A program made the position numbers and the translations under genes. Below, piece by piece: positions 20,601-29,582 of a stretch of 64,000 nucleotides of DNA. Numbering within the stretch: the stretch's first letter is position 1; every line of letters starts with the position of its first letter. Below the pieces are notes generated by a model that did not search any database, was not told the origin of the DNA, and saw only the letters and a program-made list of their open reading frames with translations. Source of the DNA: a virus; the IMG/VR virus record IMGVR_UViG_3300045988_129957; one strand, 5' to 3'.

Positions 20601-21033
20601 GCAGGCCGTATCTATGCTTCTTGCCGGATGGCGTGATGATGATGAAAACGAAGAAAGTTGGCTTACTCAATTTGGATCCTATGTCGGATTCAGAACCATA
20701 AACGAAATAGCTTCACAGATGCCGTTTATTATGGAGCTTAACGTGGTAGATATCATTAACGATCCGTTTGTTATGGGGCGAAAACTGAAGGATCTTACCG
20801 ATCTTAGGAATTATTCACTTGATAAAGTAACATCCGGTACATACAAGGGAGAGTCTAAGTTATTTAGGCAACTCGCCAAACAGACGTTTATCAAACAATG
20901 GTATAATATCAAGACGCCGGAAGACGTAGCGCGCGCCTATAATTGGTGGCAGCAGACGAACAACAAGTCAATGATGTTCTTCATCGGCGCTACTCCTGAT
21001 TCGGAAGGGGACGATGATGTTAGCTACAAGTAG
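14611..21033 (+). CDS. Giant 2140-aa virion-associated protein, function unknown
   Basis: Single uninterrupted ORF with ATG; long coiled coils, C-terminal hydrophobic segments; no DxDGD motif found by eye. Confidence 0.7.
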   Translation: MTSTCIIKRDNKNKVVSVSTRSGDRSMLFDKIASIPLMENRERATTVFKTVFSNKFLKAFGDWRRNVPINKQAYNKVKSNIGLIPETYRERVLDKASKMSNPILVSKSDAPYGIQESGFGFYSQDLGDNIMLVDAMVPSSISVPEEPGIDSGQYLQDAISSDFTPVSMVQDNDVNYMVIKYGLKIFSPEELPETDSNPVGVTYQTGEPRLFFMNDRNQLFEDYGEALRSGGNDIRIGFLSGIVQESTVDGVADITYKAGKYVLNNPKSFIPVMTASASTSLSTKGGIINYLIKKGLLSGSKIFDPETRSYYITGEGHTGQIRLFNSALSYTELRNHFGSDVSMNDQGMITINSLDNSKVTMRLATGGTERVSKEQIKSDLKSGRYNELDAKYDHFDALVVSFILEDNDLYADTKAKIVSDYSQEERNQRNSIVEILKTLGVSVVGMTDYIEKYQTKYGHEPSAKALADIANNVIAVGEDATLSDLVEETAHFLVEAYRDQNAVESVLQDVEGTEEWNQYAGQYYNTYGKVYEGSELDNAVRREILGKILAREMQTGTAQAPVEPTSFLGRVRQLFSGIVSWLKSALSTQRQDLNNVIKNIRDLAITDIDKGFDTSLLKDNDFTLYSLSSMKKNKFLESKIRSLRKTLRDLRQISSDRAVTTSMTLAQLKTIEDKINKVETEIDKNEMAAAMNSMISTAEAQVRYLSNVVNTILHGDAKDGKLHFNTNDRKNVDIINNQVLPIMNDLRGYIRNRSTEFDEREKQDYTNRINTVIADINGIQSDIKSVQDLDESTLLDKLMNELHVPADKVKRVKEFFDKVQHDVSWISRWFGILEHSSSPFNNALGAMIAKDNYNAMVNAQPAISDFLAYAKKHGFNKSEFEKLLQKVDGKTSNYLRSALDMAKYDRNKKLAQMRAFATAMNIEISEEEIGDVVDNNRNYVFKREVVDKDGNTVTENAKFKPSSDRVNTDIFTIEQEKIYTEQMEKWDAENSELEFSESYATRMESIYKKAEEELGHPVSQTTKEYLNALSRQKRILRQPFIDSGGNFDEVAYFKSSNYEEEGLLRKQRKEAASEYIYVGTRRVEKTGDQLKMAKEIQAINEVWRKESNNATNAVSESFLQKLRTIQSESGGEAALKTLMLGGHLSFNDRFWNDVESEQSARTESNNKASYLKMAHDIISSTTSDRDATDVDSIVKDIEKNKAIIKEIIGNNRDVADIGEINEATFTSSERDAFRAASEAIEADYAILIDYAKMVGLEDIDKYLTKSSKAENEVNQSYLNALADSKEVEWKFVQRHTTAKKAKRIQALRDKLFKAADNRYLFTVSETNYLSEKLGISKELDGRDFRNAVNAKMASLFLNNTREEGVEEANAIVNEFARSQVFSYYKRMAPTGYAAMIDKIGRGEIDVAQMVKDVQNGTSTQDYGMDISYLSFDPARAWVAESEAENSGRNPDYVKDHGYGHRMPKKSLYRDESYFNDFGIKYDADGNEVATKNVEQWNMIQKLKEIKRQSLDLYKEQSPNLYAIPQISKQDIERVEGLGINFKNTVRNFVSDLCLDRVDDSLYGKTRQGEVYDPEDRLRPIPKYYIYELENQDDVSHDFGYSYSMLMMQSSLYNEKQKSIELAQGLEQMLLNKQFEGGKKAEATQAYQMFRDFFNDHYYGIRMNTKKLTVNIGGYTVDLTRIMMAVERFMSVMNLALSPFVAATGALTGHINLIMESAVGQYISKDSLKYASAEFSRLAPSCIAETGDIDRKSKLYVIGERMGIFNIRNRMYGAGYNRAARTLMRSPMYAFMEILNYPLDPQVMIATMDNVRYYKGRFYTFQDFKMEKERNKEQSTIKREWNALKDRTLWSMVDVVDGKVVVKPGSGVTVEEVETQMAITRNQVRSLSQICNGSLNEENRTAASRNWIARFTTAHRGWLVLSAQRLWKRRGFNFQTMQEEEGLSITLKNMIAKTFSLTSESGMKNIIDAWNENKDNMNEVEKTNLKRLSVYAGTFLIMQAVSMLLAGWRDDDENEESWLTQFGSYVGFRTINEIASQMPFIMELNVVDIINDPFVMGRKLKDLTDLRNYSLDKVTSGTYKGESKLFRQLAKQTFIKQWYNIKTPEDVARAYNWWQQTNNKSMMFFIGATPDSEGDDDVSYK

Positions 21034-21169
21034 ACGAAGAATATCGGACTTGCATTGTTTTTGTATGATTCCAATATGTTATATTAGCATCGTCAAAGAG
21101 TAGATTGTACGTTTTTTGTTCTTACTTGAAAGATTATGTAGGTTTAATTTTTTCTGAAATTGTTTTCTT

Positions 21170-21210
21170 ACCGGTTCTCAGTCAGAGATGATAGGGAACC
21201 GGTTTTTTTT
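21170..21210 (+). terminator. Rho-independent terminator after giant gene
   Basis: accggttc...gaaccggt 8-bp stem followed by T8. Confidence 0.6.
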
Positions 21211-21246
21211 ATGTTGTCAATTATTGCTATCTTGCAAACAAAAATT

Positions 21247-21696
21247 ATGAGAAGAAGATTTGAAAATATTAATACAGTTGCTGGCGGCAAGATCCCTGTT
21301 TTTGCTTGTTCGATTTCGGCCCCTACAACCACATGGCGAAATCCTGTACCTATTCTTGGTTGTAGATACCGATCTAATGGAGCAACTATGGCGGCTTCCT
21401 ATGTTTTAGATGAAATTAATAATAGCAAGGTATGTACGATGGGCGGTAATCCTATAAATTGTACGATATCAAATTCTGGACAATTTATCCAGGCTTACTT
21501 TAATGAAGGATCGGTAACAGGTGATATTATGTTACAGTTTACGATTGGAGACGTTTTTTATTATTTCTTTATTACAGAAGGATCCAATCAAGTACCTCAA
21601 CTGAAATTAAGTCCAAGTACTCACCTTATTCATTCAATATATAAGATAAGTACAATTGGCAGCTTTGTTCCTATTGACACCTATGTAGAATTATAA
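21247..21696 (+). CDS. Hypothetical protein (149 aa from ATG 21247)
   Basis: Track ORF 21160..21696 starts inside terminator; first ATG at 21247. Confidence 0.4.
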   Translation: MRRRFENINTVAGGKIPVFACSISAPTTTWRNPVPILGCRYRSNGATMAASYVLDEINNSKVCTMGGNPINCTISNSGQFIQAYFNEGSVTGDIMLQFTIGDVFYYFFITEGSNQVPQLKLSPSTHLIHSIYKISTIGSFVPIDTYVEL

Positions 21697-21760
21697 TAAA
21701 AGATATAAAAATAGTACTAAAATGTATTAGTATAAGATAAGACGGTTATTAATCATATAT

Positions 21761-21809
21761 TACAATAATCCCCAACCGTACACCTATTGTATGGCCGGGG
21801 ATTATTGTA
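21761..21809. other. 13-bp perfect inverted repeat (tacaataatcccc/ggggattattgta, 23-nt loop) at convergence of + and - gene blocks; likely bidirectional terminator
   Basis: Read directly; sits between stop of 21696 (+) and stop of 21811 (-). Confidence 0.5.
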
Positions 21810-21810
21810 G

Positions 21811-22068
21811 TTACCATCTTCTCTTGTAACAAGAGTCCACTACCTTTACCTTTTCTTCTTTGTTCTTACCATAATTAAATTCATACGCATCTTCGAATGA
21901 ATAAAAAACAGCATAACGCGCCATGCCAAACATATCGTATTTTATTCCGTTTTTCCATTTCCCAAAAATGTTTTGATATTGGCACCAATATTCTACCTCC
22001 CCATTAGTTGATTTCCTTTCAACTATTCTAAGAAGAATATGAAATAAGTTCCTAAGCATCAACTTCAT
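21811..22068 (-). CDS. Hypothetical protein (85 aa)
   Basis: ORF, last gene of minus block. Confidence 0.4.
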   Translation of the reverse strand: MKLMLRNLFHILLRIVERKSTNGEVEYWCQYQNIFGKWKNGIKYDMFGMARYAVFYSFEDAYEFNYGKNKEEKVKVVDSCYKRRW

Positions 22069-22540
22069 GACCTTCCCTATCTGTGAAAACTAAACCAATA
22101 CCTTCTATAATATATCCTACTACAGGGGCTTTGTCAAATTCCTCCTTCGTAGCCCAAGTAGCATTATCAGGCATCAGATCCTTAAATGCATCCGAAACAT
22201 CACCCTGACACCAGCAATTGTTTGATGCAACAATACCCTTCCCTTCGATATTGATATACATTTTTCTTCCACCACATCCAAGGCTATTCCATCCTCTTGG
22301 CACGTTTTCCACCATAGGTTTAAGAACCCAGCTTTCACCGTCTATCCTAACCCATCCAGGATCGTCTTTGTGCTTGTCGTACATATTTTGCCAAAAAGAG
22401 CATTCGTAGCACCATCCCTTGTCTTCCATGATAGTTCTTATCTCACACCTTTCAAATCCATCTGCATCCATCGTGTGCGGAGAATGAGGCTGGTGAGGGG
22501 TGCCACATTTTGGGCATACGAGTTTTAAATTATTTTCCAT
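22052..22540 (-). CDS. Hypothetical protein with N-terminal CxxC...H..H zinc-ribbon-like motif (162 aa)
   Basis: CPKCGTPHQPHSPH N-terminus. Confidence 0.45.
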   Translation of the reverse strand: MENNLKLVCPKCGTPHQPHSPHTMDADGFERCEIRTIMEDKGWCYECSFWQNMYDKHKDDPGWVRIDGESWVLKPMVENVPRGWNSLGCGGRKMYINIEGKGIVASNNCWCQGDVSDAFKDLMPDNATWATKEEFDKAPVVGYIIEGIGLVFTDREGHEVDA

Positions 22541-22541
22541 A

Positions 22542-22778
22542 TTATTTCACTTTTACGATCTTAATAGAATCTCCGATATTGTATTCCCCTTGGCGTCCAA
22601 TGAATTTGATGTATTTGGTACCACGAACACATGTAATGCCATTATCTTCTCCTTTGTATAACACACGCCCATCATTCAAAGATTCTAAATTATATATAAC
22701 CCATCCAGTATTAACATTGTCAATATCACATGATGACAATAACAATATTATCAATAAAATAAAGTACTTCATAATCAC
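22542..22778 (-). CDS. Small lipoprotein (78 aa)
   Basis: Signal peptide plus lipobox LLSSC. Confidence 0.45.
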   Translation of the reverse strand: MIMKYFILLIILLLSSCDIDNVNTGWVIYNLESLNDGRVLYKGEDNGITCVRGTKYIKFIGRQGEYNIGDSIKIVKVK

Positions 22779-22978
22779 ATCCCAATATCATTAACACAAA
22801 AATTTATAACCTGGTTTTACCGCTTCCGCTTCTTCTTTTGTATCAAACATTAAGGTAGTAACGGCTCCCATGCCATAACAAATGTAAGATACTTTCACCC
22901 ACCACCTGAAAATTCCCGATCCGTAATCATCATAATATGGTTCGGAAAGAACCTCTTCTACGTACCCATCTAAGTAAT

Positions 22979-23692
22979 TCATGATCGTTCCTCCTTATTT
23001 TTAGATTCTGCCTCTTCGAGTATGCTAATTACCTTATCGACAATATTCGAATCAGACATTTTCTCAATAAAAACATCCATCGCCTTAGTTATGTCATTGG
23101 CTTCTTTTTCTTCAAGAGCTATTTTTCCACCGGTAATAGCATCAGATAATGATGTAGATAAGTGTCTTATCTTATCAATGCTCATAAACGTAAATGGATT
23201 ACCACCTTGACCCCCACCCATTTCTTTCATGATCTGATATCCACCTGAAATAAGTCTGCCTGATGTCGTGGCCAAGGAGGATACGATTAGGGACAGTACC
23301 GCCGCTTCCGTCCACTCCTCGGACACACCCTTCGACCACACGGCTGCCCTTATAGCGCCGGCCAGGTCGTCTATGTATGGCATGAGGCAATCTTCCATCG
23401 CTTGTGTTATATCAGCTATAACCTCACTACGCTCTTTATTTATGTAGTAGATAGAAGCATTGTACCTCTTTATCTCTTTGTCCATATCATTTAAAAGACG
23501 CTTGATATTGTGCTTATACATAGGACTGGTTTTAATTACTTCCTTTAGCTTAAGAATGTAATTATAAGCCTGGTCGTTTACGAACAACGTCATGGTTTCA
23601 ACCGTTGAATGAAGCGTGTTGAGACTGTTAAGAATCTTATCGAAATTGTTTATCAAATAAGCTTTTCTGGCTTTTGCCGCGTAGTTAATCAT
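22979..23692 (-). CDS. Hypothetical protein (237 aa)
   Basis: ORF. Confidence 0.45.
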   Translation of the reverse strand: MINYAAKARKAYLINNFDKILNSLNTLHSTVETMTLFVNDQAYNYILKLKEVIKTSPMYKHNIKRLLNDMDKEIKRYNASIYYINKERSEVIADITQAMEDCLMPYIDDLAGAIRAAVWSKGVSEEWTEAAVLSLIVSSLATTSGRLISGGYQIMKEMGGGQGGNPFTFMSIDKIRHLSTSLSDAITGGKIALEEKEANDITKAMDVFIEKMSDSNIVDKVISILEEAESKNKEERS

Positions 23693-24215
23693 CGCATTTA
23701 AATTTTAGATTTTCAAGTTCATTCAATTGTTTCTTAGTAGACTCGATCAGGTACGTTCTCCGTTTCTCTGCATGTTTTAAAGCTTCTTCTTTGCTCTCAA
23801 AAGCATCCCTTCCTATTTCATAAGGAGTGATCCTATCAGGAATGTCGGCTAACAAAAGACCACCATACTCTTCTATTTTAGCTTTTACTTTTCTTATTAC
23901 ACCGTCTCTCATGCACGCATCTGTAATCCATATAAACCTATCACATTCTTCTAATCCCCTTTCGTACAATTCATACCATTCTGGTTTAGGAAATCTTAAT
24001 GTGAATCTAATTTCGGTATCTTTCTCTAAGACATTAATATCATACGCCTCCGGCCACAGTTCTTTTATGCTGTCTTCATCTTCAGCATACGCCACCAATA
24101 CAAATGAATTACTGGATTCTGCACTACACCAATATGGATATTTTATAGGCCATTTGACTGGACGGTAGTCGTTACCGCAGTCGGATTTTTTAATGTAAAA
24201 TCTTGCTCTAATCAT
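23685..24215 (-). CDS. Hypothetical protein (176 aa)
   Basis: ORF, 8-nt overlap with downstream. Confidence 0.45.
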   Translation of the reverse strand: MIRARFYIKKSDCGNDYRPVKWPIKYPYWCSAESSNSFVLVAYAEDEDSIKELWPEAYDINVLEKDTEIRFTLRFPKPEWYELYERGLEECDRFIWITDACMRDGVIRKVKAKIEEYGGLLLADIPDRITPYEIGRDAFESKEEALKHAEKRRTYLIESTKKQLNELENLKFKCDD

Positions 24216-25390
24216 GATTCTTTTATTCTTTTAAGTATATGTTCAATAACTTTAATAGTCCACCCGTTTCCCAACATCTTGTACTGTTGGGTTTCGCTGC
24301 ATTCCCATTTATACCAATTTGGTACAGTCTGTAACCTGGAGCACTCTGTAGGGGTTAATCTTCTTATTCTGAAATCGCCATGTAATGCTCTCTGTATGAT
24401 AAAATTGTTTCTATCATATGAATTACAAGATAATGTTGGAGCCTTATCTTCATGAAATCCACCTTTGTTAAATCCTCTTGGTATTTGAAAAATAAGATTA
24501 TTTTTCTGAACTGTTGTGAGACAATTGGATTTTCCATCGTTTTTAAATTCAATCATCTGAACTGTTTTAAGACCAGATTCTCTACATGTAGGTTTTTCTG
24601 GATTCCTGCCTCTCATTGCTACACAAATAAGATCGTACATGTATTTACCCTTTACGGTAACAGTATTGGATTTTTCATCTTTTGTTTTAATATTAGCTCC
24701 ATAACAATTTCCCTTGTCGTGATTTCTTTTTAAGTGAAAAGCTAAATTGTTTAAAACTTTTTCAGATAAGTAATATTTTTCATCTACTTCATATTCAGCT
24801 ATATCACTTATGGTCAAACCTTCGTCTTCAGGTTGAGGAATAATGCCGTCTTGAATATTAGTCCAATAAATACGTTTCCTGACTTGAGCTGAAACAAGTG
24901 CTGAATTAATATGATTGCCCTTACACCCTATAGCATCATCGAATACCGGCTCCCATTTCTTTCCTATCTTAACGTTCTCAAGAAGAAACAACACATCAGG
25001 ATTAGTTTTTCTTACATCATTCAAAATACGAATAAACTCCCAGAACAAGTAAGACTGACCGGCAAACTCAAATCCTTGTTTTTTTAATTCAAGATACTCA
25101 TTAAGTGATTTGACTTCTATTCCTTCTACGGTAGACAACCCTTTTCTTTTTCCAGAAAAAGACATATCCGTACATGGGCTGCCGGCTAAAATAAGATCTA
25201 TGCGTCCAAGATCTTCTACATTTAAATCCCTCACATCTCCTACTTGTATCGTATTAGGAAAATTTAATTGCGTTTGTTTAATAGCGAACTTATCTATTTC
25301 TGACGCATAATATACTTCAGGCGTGATCCCTATTTCTTTTAACGCTATTTGACCACATGACATTCCGTCAAATAAACTTAACACTCTCAT
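24212..25390 (-). CDS. DNA (cytosine-5)-methyltransferase
   Basis: Motif I LSLFDGMSCG, motif IV GSPCTDMS (PC), motif VI LLENV; probable start at Met26 (MRVLSLF, ~25390) abutting upstream stop. Confidence 0.8.
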   Translation of the reverse strand: MRVLSLFDGMSCGQIALKEIGITPEVYYASEIDKFAIKQTQLNFPNTIQVGDVRDLNVEDLGRIDLILAGSPCTDMSFSGKRKGLSTVEGIEVKSLNEYLELKKQGFEFAGQSYLFWEFIRILNDVRKTNPDVLFLLENVKIGKKWEPVFDDAIGCKGNHINSALVSAQVRKRIYWTNIQDGIIPQPEDEGLTISDIAEYEVDEKYYLSEKVLNNLAFHLKRNHDKGNCYGANIKTKDEKSNTVTVKGKYMYDLICVAMRGRNPEKPTCRESGLKTVQMIEFKNDGKSNCLTTVQKNNLIFQIPRGFNKGGFHEDKAPTLSCNSYDRNNFIIQRALHGDFRIRRLTPTECSRLQTVPNWYKWECSETQQYKMLGNGWTIKVIEHILKRIKES

Positions 25391-25394
25391 GACA

Positions 25395-25703
25395 TTATAC
25401 ACATTTTTCAATTTTAATTGATTTTGATGATAGATACATATTCCATGTTCCTCTGCCTTTGTCACCTTTTTCGTTTTGTTTTTGGATTGTCAAGTACAGA
25501 TCTCCGTCTTCACATACTTCAACTTTTTTCAAGAAGCCTATCATTTCATCTCCTGTTTCGTGTAAAATACGGATCTTATCTCCTTCTTTTAACCCATAAT
25601 TGGAATCAAAATATTCTTTTTTGATTCTATCAATATTGTCTTTATGTTTTTTTATAGCATAAAGCTCTTTTCTTAATAAATAATTTAGTTGTTCTATTGT
25701 CAT
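25395..25703 (-). CDS. Hypothetical protein (102 aa)
   Basis: ORF. Confidence 0.4.
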   Translation of the reverse strand: MTIEQLNYLLRKELYAIKKHKDNIDRIKKEYFDSNYGLKEGDKIRILHETGDEMIGFLKKVEVCEDGDLYLTIQKQNEKGDKGRGTWNMYLSSKSIKIEKCV

Positions 25704-26266
25704 TTCTTTTCCTCCTTATTTAATGGTATCAACCCTTTTCCATGCTTGTCATACCACAGCATAGCTATGCAGTTCCATGCACATTGTGCAAGATGAAAAC
25801 ATCCTGTATCGGAATCCACTCTTTCTCCTTTCATGTATTCCATCAGGTGTCGAAACATTGCAGCTCGACACCGCTCAAATCCGTTGTCAAGATTCTGCCA
25901 ATTATTAGACCCATATTTTTTGGCTCCGGCATGATAGACTTTTACAATGTCCTCAATTTCTTCCATCGGAAGCAAATCCCATCGTAGTTTGTCGTCAATG
26001 ATGTCATTTTTCACTGATTTTATTGAAGTACTTTTTTCTGGATCTCCTACACGAATAAGTTCCATAATGTCTGTTTCTATAATAATTGCGTCTCCATTGT
26101 AATAAACTTCAGCAAACTTGTCATTTTCTTTTATGTTTGTTGCTGAAGTCACTAAAGATCCTTTGTATATTATAGTGTTTTTATCTATCTTATCATCTTT
26201 CAGTGTTTGAAAAATAGATCCTTTTGGATAAAGGATGTTTTTAGTATTATTGTCCATTTTTTCCAT
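25700..26266 (-). CDS. dATP/dGTP diphosphohydrolase-like (DUF5664-type) domain protein
   Basis: RWDLLPMEEIEDIVKVYHAGAKKYGSNNW and HLAQCAWNCIAMLWY resemble the phage dNTP pyrophosphohydrolase N-terminal family (from memory, no search run). Confidence 0.5.
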   Translation of the reverse strand: MEKMDNNTKNILYPKGSIFQTLKDDKIDKNTIIYKGSLVTSATNIKENDKFAEVYYNGDAIIIETDIMELIRVGDPEKSTSIKSVKNDIIDDKLRWDLLPMEEIEDIVKVYHAGAKKYGSNNWQNLDNGFERCRAAMFRHLMEYMKGERVDSDTGCFHLAQCAWNCIAMLWYDKHGKGLIPLNKEEKK

Positions 26267-26310
26267 CGTTTTATCGTTGTTTTAATCAATTAGTATAATG
26301 ATATAGTCCA

Positions 26311-26682
26311 TTATTTTTCTTCTTCGCCTATAAAGCGATCAAATTCTTCTCCGCTCATAACAATGCGGTTAATGATAATTATGCCGTTATTGCTATAATC
26401 ATCATCTTTAACTCCCATATCATCAAGCTCCTTCTTTAATTCTTCAAATGTGGAACCTGTCTTGCTTTTAAAAAATAAAGTAGCATGTACAACCTTTCCG
26501 TTGTTTAGTTTTACTCTCACGGTATAGACATATCCTTTTTCCTCTTCATCCTTTTTGTTGACACCATCAAGGATGCTATTTATCATGTTCTTATCCTCAC
26601 GTGATAGGTTAGATATGGCTATTCTGCCCTTCAACCTAAATATTTCGTTTTCGTTCATGACTTTCTGTTTTATTGTTTTCAA
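26311..26682 (-). CDS. Hypothetical protein (123 aa)
   Basis: ORF. Confidence 0.4.
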   Translation of the reverse strand: MKTIKQKVMNENEIFRLKGRIAISNLSREDKNMINSILDGVNKKDEEEKGYVYTVRVKLNNGKVVHATLFFKSKTGSTFEELKKELDDMGVKDDDYSNNGIIIINRIVMSGEEFDRFIGEEEK

Positions 26683-26941
26683 AATATTGTCTTACGGCTT
26701 CTATGGCTTTATCGTCATCAAAAGCTTCTTCAAACTCCGTGTAGAACCTATCTCGCTCCATGCAGAATGTGTTTTTCCCTTCCGGTATAGGACGGAACAC
26801 AACCACCCTCTCTTCAGCGTGATCGGTTCCTATTATGTTATTATCTAAGATAATAGAATACCTTCTTGAACTTTTGTTGATAACAACATCATGTTGAAGA
26901 CCATACAATTTAAGTATTTCCCTTAATTCACTTGTTTCCAT
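26636..26941 (-). CDS. Hypothetical protein (101 aa)
   Basis: ORF. Confidence 0.35.
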   Translation of the reverse strand: METSELREILKLYGLQHDVVINKSSRRYSIILDNNIIGTDHAEERVVVFRPIPEGKNTFCMERDRFYTEFEEAFDDDKAIEAVRQYFENNKTESHERKRNI

Positions 26942-27298
26942 TTATATTATTCCTTCCAAATTTACTTTAATAGAACCATTTATAGTTTTAATGCTCCCAT
27001 CTATGGTTGAAATCACATCATCTAAATCGTTTATAATGCCTTCCATGTCATCAACCACCTCTTCCATATCAGCTACAGCCTGATCTGATTCCCAATATTT
27101 TTCTGAGTCTTGTAACGATTCCGGTATATTATCTCTCGCCTCAGTCTCTTCGTCTAAAATCATATCAACATCATCTTTGGCTGAATTTATGTTATACTTC
27201 AACTCCGATAACTTTGATTTGATGTATTCAAAATCTGTTTTATACTTATCTACGTTTTTAATAACACCCAATATTTTTTTTCTTCTCTTGTCGTTCAT
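26942..27298 (-). CDS. Hypothetical acidic protein (118 aa)
   Basis: ORF. Confidence 0.4.
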   Translation of the reverse strand: MNDKRRKKILGVIKNVDKYKTDFEYIKSKLSELKYNINSAKDDVDMILDEETEARDNIPESLQDSEKYWESDQAVADMEEVVDDMEGIINDLDDVISTIDGSIKTINGSIKVNLEGII

Positions 27299-28716
27299 GC
27301 TTTTATTCTATTATAATATTCGATAATCTTTTCTTTTCTATCTCCTGGTTTTACTGCCATATTCTCAGCCAAGAACCTAAAATACGACACCGGTATGTCC
27401 TTGAATCTAATTCCTTCATATTTTCCAAACCACATTATTATACTGTCAAGATCGTCTTCTCTCCTACCATCTCCATTCACAGATTTAAGCGAGGCTGCCC
27501 GGCGAAGGATCTCGTCTTTGGTAATAATATCACCCATCCTTATATTGGACAGAAGTTGATCGCCGGCAAACATACACCAGCCTTTAGAAGGGAATTGTTC
27601 GATTGTCAAGTCTTCTATCCGACCGAAACGCCTCATGTTGTCGCAGCAATCAACTATCAGTGCCTCTTTCTTGTCAGGATGGATGCGAACGGCACGGCCT
27701 ACAATCTGGTAAAATACTGAATATGAGAATGTTGGACGCCCAAACATCACACAGTCAAGTTCAGGAAAGTCAAATCCGGTAGCAAGCGTTGAATAATTAA
27801 AAACCACCTTCAACTTGCCTTCTTTGAAATCGGATATGATTTGTTCTCTTTTCTTTTTGGTTGTTAGCGATGTTACGACACCGGTTATGGCTCCCATCTT
27901 GGCATTCATGAACTCTGATATTCTATTACATGATTCAATAGAATCCATGCAAACCAAAATGGCTTTACGTTCGTTCATAAGTTGAAGAAGGCGCTTGTAG
28001 ATAGAGTTGTTTAAGCCATTTCGTACAATACTTTCTTTAATAGATTCGTTGGTGTATTCAGCTCCGGTGCTGTTCAACATCAGAGCCGATTCATCAAAAG
28101 ACCATCGTTCGTACTTAAGTGGACACCAAAACCCTTGAGAAGTTAATTCTTGTATTTGAGTCACATGAACTATTTTCTTGAAGAAATTATGCTCGTCTTT
28201 CGTCAGCATATTGAGCTTGCTGTAGTTTCCTTCCAGCATGGAACTGTAGGTTCGGAGGCGGCAGGGAGTGGCGGTGAAGCCCAGCACCTTCGCCTCTGGG
28301 AACCTGTTCATAAACTCCATAAATTCAGAACCTTCTTCAGGAGAATACCCGCTATGCACCTCATCTATCAATAATGTGTCTATCCCTATATCTTTCAACC
28401 TTGCTACGTCTTTCTTTATGCTTTTAAGTGTAGCATAAGTCATAGCCGATAACTCTTTTTTTTTACATGAAGCAGAATATATGGTAGGTTTAGAACCGAA
28501 TGATACAGCCTTCGCATAATTCTGCTCCAGAATCTCTTTAGATGGCTGTAATACAAGGATAGGTCTTTTTAATTCATGAGCTATCTTGCTAATTATCAAA
28601 GACTTCCCCGCTGCACACGGCAAGACTTCTATGCCAGGCTTCTTAGATCTTCCTGTAAGGAACTTAAGCCCGGCATCTACTGCCTCTTTTTGGTAAGGTC
28701 TAAGTTCAAAGCCCAT
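27295..28716 (-). CDS. Superfamily-2 DEAD/DEAH-box helicase
   Basis: Walker A LPCAAGKS, motif II DEVH, motif III TAT, motif VI QIVGRAVR. Confidence 0.8.
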   Translation of the reverse strand: MGFELRPYQKEAVDAGLKFLTGRSKKPGIEVLPCAAGKSLIISKIAHELKRPILVLQPSKEILEQNYAKAVSFGSKPTIYSASCKKKELSAMTYATLKSIKKDVARLKDIGIDTLLIDEVHSGYSPEEGSEFMEFMNRFPEAKVLGFTATPCRLRTYSSMLEGNYSKLNMLTKDEHNFFKKIVHVTQIQELTSQGFWCPLKYERWSFDESALMLNSTGAEYTNESIKESIVRNGLNNSIYKRLLQLMNERKAILVCMDSIESCNRISEFMNAKMGAITGVVTSLTTKKKREQIISDFKEGKLKVVFNYSTLATGFDFPELDCVMFGRPTFSYSVFYQIVGRAVRIHPDKKEALIVDCCDNMRRFGRIEDLTIEQFPSKGWCMFAGDQLLSNIRMGDIITKDEILRRAASLKSVNGDGRREDDLDSIIMWFGKYEGIRFKDIPVSYFRFLAENMAVKPGDRKEKIIEYYNRIKA

Positions 28717-29083
28717 CGCAATCTATTTTACTGTTTTTTGAAAGTTCTATTATCGCCTCTTTCAACATCTCCCTTGCTTTATCTTCGTTATCTTCAAGCA
28801 AGCATACACTGCACGATATGCCCATACGATCCCCATAAGCCTCGGCATTACCTAATGTGAATGCGCAGCAGTAATCATAATCCATGTTTTTTGCTACGGC
28901 AATAAACTGATTATCTTCTATCAGTACAGCATATTCAGCATCAGTTTCACACATGATAATGGCTTTATCTTTTTTTATAGACAACACCTTGTTTCTGAAA
29001 AGTCCGTTATAAATCCATAGTTCTTTTCCTGTATTTTTATAAAACACAGCCATATCTTCCTTGATTGTGACTTCTTTTTTCAT
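28706..29083 (-). CDS. Hypothetical protein (125 aa)
   Basis: ORF. Confidence 0.4.
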   Translation of the reverse strand: MKKEVTIKEDMAVFYKNTGKELWIYNGLFRNKVLSIKKDKAIIMCETDAEYAVLIEDNQFIAVAKNMDYDYCCAFTLGNAEAYGDRMGISCSVCLLEDNEDKAREMLKEAIIELSKNSKIDCDGL

Positions 29084-29086
29084 GAC

Positions 29087-29416
29087 TTACTTGTGTTTAA
29101 CATCAGTAATTAAAATGTATTTTTTAACAATATCTTCAAGACTCACAGAAGAACGTATATATGGTTTTTCTTCGTACTCATATAGAACGTACCCTTCTTT
29201 TATGTCTAATATCTTAATCACATGCTTGCCTCTTTCAAATGGATCCTCAAAGTAGTTCTTATGTTCGTATCTTTGACCTACTTTGATTTTGTCAGTTTTC
29301 TTCTTCATCTTATAACGATCTACTGCTCTACCTGTTTTTATGAAAGCTGTCGTGAGCAAGTATAATAAAACTAAATACAAAAGGATCGCTACTCCACATA
29401 TTAGATCTTCTTTCAT
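29087..29416 (-). CDS. Membrane-anchored hypothetical protein (109 aa)
   Basis: N-terminal TM helix. Confidence 0.4.
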   Translation of the reverse strand: MKEDLICGVAILLYLVLLYLLTTAFIKTGRAVDRYKMKKKTDKIKVGQRYEHKNYFEDPFERGKHVIKILDIKEGYVLYEYEEKPYIRSSVSLEDIVKKYILITDVKHK

Positions 29417-29582
29417 TGGACTCCCTTTAAGTAGTTAAACCATATATCCTCCAGCTTCTCCTGAAGTTCAAATGCTTTCTTGAAATTCCCACATCTTACA
29501 GCAACGCCTCTCATGTATTCTACGTTTATAACTTCCGGATCTTGCCGGTATTTTGTTCTTAACTTTTGAACGTCCTCGTATT

